A stretch of DNA of 64,000 bases from Alphaproteobacteria bacterium (GTDB lineage Bacteria; Pseudomonadota; Alphaproteobacteria; GCA-2731375). Position numbers and translations under genes: made by a program. A model generated the notes under the pieces. That model was not told the origin of the DNA. It worked only from the letters and a program-made list of their open reading frames with translations, and did not search any database. How positions within the stretch are numbered: position 1 is the first letter of the stretch; the number at the start of each line of letters is the position of its first letter. This document shows, piece after piece, positions 58,903 through 64,000 of the stretch. The DNA is taken from the NCBI GenBank assembly GCA_016776605.1, contig JADHTB010000022.1:714-64713 (forward strand), written 5' to 3'.

Positions 58903-60351
58903 ATGACTGAAGTTTCCCTATCCCGGATTTTGGCCTATTGGGCGGATCGGGACCCGGATAAACCCAGCCTGACCCACGAAGGCACCACCTTAAGCCGGGC
59001 GGAACTGGAGGCGCGCAGCAATCGCCTCGCCAGGGCCTATCAGGGGCTTGGCGTCAAGGCCGGCGATTTTGTTACGATCGCCCTGCCGAACGGCATTGAA
59101 TTCATCGAGGCGGTTTTCGCCACCTGGAAGCTGGGCGCAACGCCACAGCCGGTGTCCTACCGTCTGCCCGATGGGGAACGCAGCCAGATCGTTGAATTGG
59201 CGGAACCCAGCCTGCTGGTTGGCGCCGCGCCGGGGTCGCATCAGGGCACGGCATGTCTAGGGGCGGGTTACCGCCCGGATCCGGCCCTGTCCGATGCGCC
59301 GCTACCGGAGGTCACGGCCAAATATTGGAAAGCCATGACCTCTGGCGGCTCAACCGGCCGGCCGAAACTGATCGTCTCCAAAGATCCGGCGGCAGCGGAT
59401 CCGCTGGAGGAGAAATTTGGCCTTTCGCCGGGGCAGATCGCGTTGATACCTGGCCCGCTGTATCACAATGGGCCGTTTAGTTTGAGCATGATCGCCCTGC
59501 AAATGGGGCATCACCTGATCATCACCTCGCGCTTCGATGCAGCGGAAACCCTGGAACTGATCGACCGCCATGGCGTGCAACTGATGTATCTGGTGCCGAC
59601 CATGATGCAACGTATGTGGCGCCTGCCCAGCGCCCAACGGGACAGCTATGACGTCAGCTCGTTGCAGGTGGTGTGGCATATGGCGGCGCCTTGTCCGGCC
59701 TGGCTGAAAGAGGTCTTTATCGAATGGTTCGGCGGCGATGTGCTGATGGAGCTGTATGGCGGCACCGAGGCCCAGGGGTTCACCACCATTTCGGGCACTG
59801 AGTGGTTAAGCCATCGCGGCTCGGTCGGCAAACCGCAGGATGGCTTCCAAATGAAGGTCGTGGATGATGCGGGCAACAGCCTGCCCAGCGGCGAAATCGG
59901 TGAAATATTTTTACTGCCCGATGCCGGGCAGGGCGCTACTTATTATTACATCGGGGCGGAAGCCAAGGCGGTCGACGGTGGTTGGGAATCCCTGGGCGAT
60001 CTGGGCTATCTGGATGCCGAGGGCTATCTCTATCTGACCGACCGGCGCAGCGACATGATCCTATCGGGCGGCGCCAATATATATCCGGCGGAGGTGGAAG
60101 CGGCGATCGATCTGTATCCCGGCGTCCGGTCTTCGGCGGTGATTGGCCTGCCGGACGCGGATATGGGCAATCTGATACATGCCATCGTCGATGCTCCTGG
60201 CCAGGACTTGGATGTAGAAACACTGCTGGCGCATCTGAACCAGCATCTGGTGCGCTACAAGATCCCCCGGACCTTTGAATTTGTTTCCGAACCGTTGCGG
60301 GACGACGCCGGCAAGGTTCGCCGTCAGGCGTTGCGCGAACAGCGTCTCTAA
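58903..60351 (+). CDS. AMP-dependent synthetase/ligase (short acyl-CoA ligase type)
   Basis: 482 aa. MTSGGSTGRPKLI P-loop variant, YGGTEA, GDLGYLDAEGYLYLTDRRSDMI, DAGKVRR. Confidence 0.85.
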   Translation: MTEVSLSRILAYWADRDPDKPSLTHEGTTLSRAELEARSNRLARAYQGLGVKAGDFVTIALPNGIEFIEAVFATWKLGATPQPVSYRLPDGERSQIVELAEPSLLVGAAPGSHQGTACLGAGYRPDPALSDAPLPEVTAKYWKAMTSGGSTGRPKLIVSKDPAAADPLEEKFGLSPGQIALIPGPLYHNGPFSLSMIALQMGHHLIITSRFDAAETLELIDRHGVQLMYLVPTMMQRMWRLPSAQRDSYDVSSLQVVWHMAAPCPAWLKEVFIEWFGGDVLMELYGGTEAQGFTTISGTEWLSHRGSVGKPQDGFQMKVVDDAGNSLPSGEIGEIFLLPDAGQGATYYYIGAEAKAVDGGWESLGDLGYLDAEGYLYLTDRRSDMILSGGANIYPAEVEAAIDLYPGVRSSAVIGLPDADMGNLIHAIVDAPGQDLDVETLLAHLNQHLVRYKIPRTFEFVSEPLRDDAGKVRRQALREQRL

Positions 60352-60403
60352 ATGTCTCTAAGGGTGCGATAGCCAGCCGCACCCTGCAATGCTATGGATG
60401 GCC

Positions 60404-61381
60404 ATGCGAATTTGTATTTATGGCGCCGGGGCGATCGGCGGTTATATGGGGGCCTGCCTGGCGCGGGCCGGTTATGCGGTATCCCTGGTGGCCCGCGGGC
60501 CGCATATGCAGGCGATCCAGGCCAATGGCCTGACCCTAAGGATGGCCGGAGAAAGCTTTACCCAGGCGATTACCTGCACCGATGACCCGGCCGAATTGGG
60601 GCCGCAGGACTATGTCATCGTAACCCTGAAGGCCCATTCGGTACCTGCGGTCGTGGATCAACTGCCCAGCCTGTTTCACGACGATACGGCGGTGGTAATG
60701 GCGGTGAACGGTGTGCCCTGGTGGTATTTTTATGACCTGGAAGGCCCCTATCGCGACCGCCAACTTGAAAGCGTTGATCCGGGCGGCAGGCAATGGGCCG
60801 TGATCGAACCGCGCCGGGCCATTGGCTGCGTGGTTTATCCCGCCTGTGAAGTTGCCGAACCCGGGGTCATCGAACATATCGAAGGCGACCGCTTTTCCAT
60901 CGGCGAACCCCAGGGTGAAAAAACCGAGCGCCTGCTGGCCCTGGCCGATGCCCTGCGCAAGGCCGGCCTGAAGGCGCCCATCAGACCCCGTATCCGTGAC
61001 GAGATTTGGGTTAAGCTATGGGGCAATTTGAGCTTCAATCCCATTTCGGCCCTGACCGGCGCTACGCTGGAACAGATTTGCGGCGATCCGCGGACCCGGG
61101 CCCTGGCCCGCGCCATGATGGTGGAGGCCCAGGCTATTGGCGAGCGGTTGGGGGTGCGTTTTCCGGTGGATGTGGACCGCCGCATTGCGGGGGCGGAAGC
61201 GGTGGGCGCCCACAAGACCTCGATGTTGCAGGATCTGGAGCGGGGCCGGGCCATGGAAATCGACGCGCTGGTCGGCGCGGTCGCTGAATTGGGACGCCTT
61301 ACGGCGGTGCCGACGCCGACCATCGATACCGTGCTGGCGCTGGTCCAACAAAGAGGCCGGATTGCGGGATGTTATCAATAA
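60404..61381 (+). CDS. panE: 2-dehydropantoate 2-reductase (ApbA/PanE family)
   Basis: ORF 60389..61381. Start MRICIYGAGAIGGYMG (Rossmann) at 60404. KTSMLQDLERGRAMEIDALVG. Confidence 0.75.
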   Translation: MRICIYGAGAIGGYMGACLARAGYAVSLVARGPHMQAIQANGLTLRMAGESFTQAITCTDDPAELGPQDYVIVTLKAHSVPAVVDQLPSLFHDDTAVVMAVNGVPWWYFYDLEGPYRDRQLESVDPGGRQWAVIEPRRAIGCVVYPACEVAEPGVIEHIEGDRFSIGEPQGEKTERLLALADALRKAGLKAPIRPRIRDEIWVKLWGNLSFNPISALTGATLEQICGDPRTRALARAMMVEAQAIGERLGVRFPVDVDRRIAGAEAVGAHKTSMLQDLERGRAMEIDALVGAVAELGRLTAVPTPTIDTVLALVQQRGRIAGCYQ

Positions 61382-61449
61382 GCTGTCAATAACCTATTGA
61401 TAGACTGGAGATCGCGCGAAAACGCCGTTGTGGAAAGAAGGCTCGCACC

Positions 61450-63822
61450 ATGGCTAAAATTGAAAAGGCCCTGGCCATGCTGGCCGGCGGGGGCTCTGTA
61501 GGGGAAGAATTTTTCCAGCTCGCGACGGCGGCTCTGGTGCAGGGGCTGGGCTGTCGATGGGCCGGAATATCCTGCTTATCCGACGACAAAAGATCCGTTA
61601 GGCTGCTGGCTTCGACCGGCGCGGAGGCGCCGCTTGAACCGGGGCTCTTTGCCTTGGACGGCATGCCGGTGGCAGCGCTTTATGCGGCGCCTTCTTCAGG
61701 GCAACTGCATATCACCGAAGATTTGGCCGCCCGCTTCCCAAAATACCGGGATCTGCTTGGCATCGACCTGCATCGTTACAGCGCGGCGATTTTTTGCCAT
61801 TCCGACGGCCGTCCCGCCGGACATGTATTCATCGTTGATGACCATGAGGTGACAAGGGGCGCGGAGGATTGGCGCTTCTTCGATTTGGTCTGCGGGCGGG
61901 TCGGTGCGGAATATTCCCTGCGCAGCGGTTTCGCGGGCAACACCTGGCTTGACAAGCTGGTGGATGGAACCGGCACCGCGCTTGTGGTCACCGATACTTC
62001 GGGCCAGATCGTGCTGGCCAACGACACCTATGCCAACTGGGCCGGCTTTCCAAGTAGCGCCGAAATGATTGGCGGCAATGTAGAACAATGGATTGATCCG
62101 AAAGACTGGGTCACGAACAAACGGGTCGTTTCAGGTCTTTTGCAACAGGATGCAGCCAACGCATATAAATGCCTGCTGCGTGACCGCCATGGTGTTCCCC
62201 GCGAAGTCGTGGCCGTCGCTGCCGTCGACCAGACCCCGGCCGGCACGCACATAGTGGCGTTGATGCGCGACAACAAGGCGCGTAACGATACAGAACGCGC
62301 CCGCCTGGAAAGCGAAGCGCGCTTGAAGGCCGTCATCGATAATGCCCCTTTCTCAATTATCTTGAAGGATGCCCAGGGACGTTATGTCACGATGAACAGG
62401 CAGGGCGAGGAATGGATGGGAACGACGGTTGCCGAAGCCGCCGGCAAATTTCCCGAGGCCCTCCACAAACTGAATTCCGGTGAACTCGATCGCCGCAGGG
62501 ATCTCGAAGTATTGAATGAAGGCCGCATCGTCAATTACGAAGTCGATGGCATGGTAGACAACGCCCCGCGCACATTATGGGCCACGAAATTTCCGATCAT
62601 CGGCGAGGCCGGGCAACCCATCGGGTTGGGTACCATTGTTTCCGATGTCACGGATCGCAAGCAGACCGAAGTTGTTATGCAGCAGAAAATGGAGGCAGCT
62701 GAAAAATCCAGCGATGCCAAAACCAGGTTTTTGGCGGCGGCCAGCCATGATTTGCGCCAGCCGCTGCATTCAATGGAATTGATGCTGGAAATCCTGGGCC
62801 GCATCGTGCAGGAGCCGGCGCAGCAGGAACTGGTCTCGGATATTGCCCAGGCGGCCACTATCGCGGCCGATCTGCTGAACCCCTTGTTGGATTACTCCCG
62901 CCTGGAAGCGGGCATGGTACAGCCCGAAATTGAGGACTTTTCCATTGCTTTGCTGCTGCGGGATATGGATGTGAGATTCCGCTCTCAGGCCGAGAAGGCC
63001 GGGCTGGAATTACGGATCGTGCCGTCCAATGCGATGATCCGAAGCGACCCTGTGCTGCTCTCTCTTATCGTTAGCAATTTTCTTTCGAATGCTGTGCGCT
63101 ATACCGAAAGCGGACGTTTGCTATTGGGTTGCCGGCGTCAGGGCACAGCCCTCCGCATCGAAGTATGGGACACCGGGCCAGGCATGGCGGGCGAGCACCT
63201 GAACTCGATTTTTGAAGAGTTTCACCAGCTCGAAACGCCGACCCGTGATCGTGATAAAGGTCTTGGTCTCGGCCTTGCGATCGTCAGGGCTCAGGCGAGT
63301 TTATTGCAGCACAAGGTTCGGGTCTCGACCAAGCCGGGCCGGGGATCGACTTTCTCAATCGAGGTGCCATTGATTGGGGGCGCTGAACAACTTCGCCCTG
63401 CCATCGACCCTGAGTCCATTAAGCCCGAATTTCTAGCCGGGCTTCGCATGCTGATCCTGGAAGATAATTTAGGCATTCAGCGCGCGACCAAGGCGCTGCT
63501 GGAACGTTGGGGGTGCGAGGTGGTATTGGCGGCGAACGGCAACGAGGCGATGAATGTAATAGCCACCGATCAGGCAATGTTCGATCTTATTATCGCCGAC
63601 TATCACCTGGAAGATGGCGACAACGGTGTCGATACCGTGCTGAAAATTCAGGAACTGTTGGAATATGATGTACCGGCGATCATCGTAACGGCGGATATTT
63701 CCAATGAAAGCCTGCGGCACGCGGACAAGAATAAATTTCCCTTATTGCAGAAACCATTCCGTCCGGCCGCGTTGCGCTCGGCTATCGCGCAATCAATCCT
63801 CAACCATGCGGCGGCATCTTGA
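61450..63822 (+). CDS. Hybrid sensor histidine kinase/response regulator (GAF-like N-terminus, PAS, HisKA, HATPase, REC)
   Basis: 790 aa. H-box FLAAASHDLRQPLHSM, HATPase (NAVRYT...DTGPGM...GLGLGLAIV), receiver (LIIADYHLEDG, IIVTAD, QKPF). Confidence 0.9.
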   Translation: MAKIEKALAMLAGGGSVGEEFFQLATAALVQGLGCRWAGISCLSDDKRSVRLLASTGAEAPLEPGLFALDGMPVAALYAAPSSGQLHITEDLAARFPKYRDLLGIDLHRYSAAIFCHSDGRPAGHVFIVDDHEVTRGAEDWRFFDLVCGRVGAEYSLRSGFAGNTWLDKLVDGTGTALVVTDTSGQIVLANDTYANWAGFPSSAEMIGGNVEQWIDPKDWVTNKRVVSGLLQQDAANAYKCLLRDRHGVPREVVAVAAVDQTPAGTHIVALMRDNKARNDTERARLESEARLKAVIDNAPFSIILKDAQGRYVTMNRQGEEWMGTTVAEAAGKFPEALHKLNSGELDRRRDLEVLNEGRIVNYEVDGMVDNAPRTLWATKFPIIGEAGQPIGLGTIVSDVTDRKQTEVVMQQKMEAAEKSSDAKTRFLAAASHDLRQPLHSMELMLEILGRIVQEPAQQELVSDIAQAATIAADLLNPLLDYSRLEAGMVQPEIEDFSIALLLRDMDVRFRSQAEKAGLELRIVPSNAMIRSDPVLLSLIVSNFLSNAVRYTESGRLLLGCRRQGTALRIEVWDTGPGMAGEHLNSIFEEFHQLETPTRDRDKGLGLGLAIVRAQASLLQHKVRVSTKPGRGSTFSIEVPLIGGAEQLRPAIDPESIKPEFLAGLRMLILEDNLGIQRATKALLERWGCEVVLAANGNEAMNVIATDQAMFDLIIADYHLEDGDNGVDTVLKIQELLEYDVPAIIVTADISNESLRHADKNKFPLLQKPFRPAALRSAIAQSILNHAAAS

Positions 63823-63875
63823 TTTTTGGATAGCGCATCAACCGGTCCCGTATGCCCGGCCCGTGAACGCCGGAG

Positions 63876-64000
63876 TCAGGCGAAGCCGTCGTCGGTTTTT
63901 GGGGTATCAAGCAGAGTGGAACTGGCAATGACGGCCTCGGTCCGGTTGCTGACCCCCAGGCTTTTGAAAATGCGGGTCATATGAACCTTCACGGTGCCCG
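63876..64000 (-). CDS. LuxR/GerE-type HTH regulator, C-terminal end only (N-terminus outside the window)
   Basis: My minus-strand translation is ...GTVKVHMTRIFKSLGVSNRTEAVIASSTLLDTPKTDDGFA-stop (TGA at 63878..63876). TVK.H...I..KLGV.NRTEA is the GerE helix-turn-helix. Confidence 0.7.
   Translation of the reverse strand, partial: GTVKVHMTRIFKSLGVSNRTEAVIASSTLLDTPKTDDGFA

Noticed and set aside
1-64000. Search for defence systems, prophage, toxin-antitoxin pairs, rRNA/tRNA genes and riboswitches
   Set aside because: No ORF has nuclease, methylase, integrase, capsid or toxin-like signatures. No intergenic region shows tRNA-like or known riboswitch features that I can recognise by eye. Absence cannot be proven without covariance-model scans.

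Overview
GC-rich alphaproteobacterial (Rhodospirillales-like) chromosomal segment. From about 5.7 to 32.2 kb it is a flagellar/motility supercluster: flagellin, flaF, flaG, flgI, a rod-binding flgJ-like gene, fliX, dksA, flgF-G-A-H, fliL-M, motE, a cheZ-like gene, two motB-like genes, a 1165-aa AMIN/TPR exported protein, fliO-P, and flgB-C-fliE-fliQ-R-flhB. After it come a CckA-like hybrid kinase, a mobile-element scrapyard, recA with SOS boxes, and two tandem pseudo-receiver paralogues behind a very AT-rich leader. The rest is ordinary metabolism and housekeeping: acyl-CoA ligases, ALDH, aminotransferases, a DEAD-box helicase, parE and two more hybrid kinases. I saw no rRNA, tRNA, CRISPR array or recognisable defence system. 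Regulatory sites read directly from the sequence are three sigma54 -24/-12 promoters (flagellin, flgI, flgF), arrays of GGCA-N5-TGCC palindromes, two consensus CtrA boxes and GAAC-N7-GAAC SOS boxes. The most unusual signals are: (1) two related TA-flanked MITE families sharing the terminus TAGAGCA, with eleven copies or relics and one nested insertion, whose termini coincide with the stop codons of six genes; (2) TAG is the commonest stop codon (24 of 59 by my tally), and several genes have tandem reiterations of their stop-bearing 3' ends; (3) an uncharacterised flagellar sub-module made of a 611-aa orphan, cheZ-like, an Asp-less motB-like gene, motB and the AMIN/TPR giant; (4) two paralogous pseudo-receiver proteins with a GPxRR arginine-rich motif and an unknown helical C-terminal domain. 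ORF-track coordinates include the stop codon, and so do mine.
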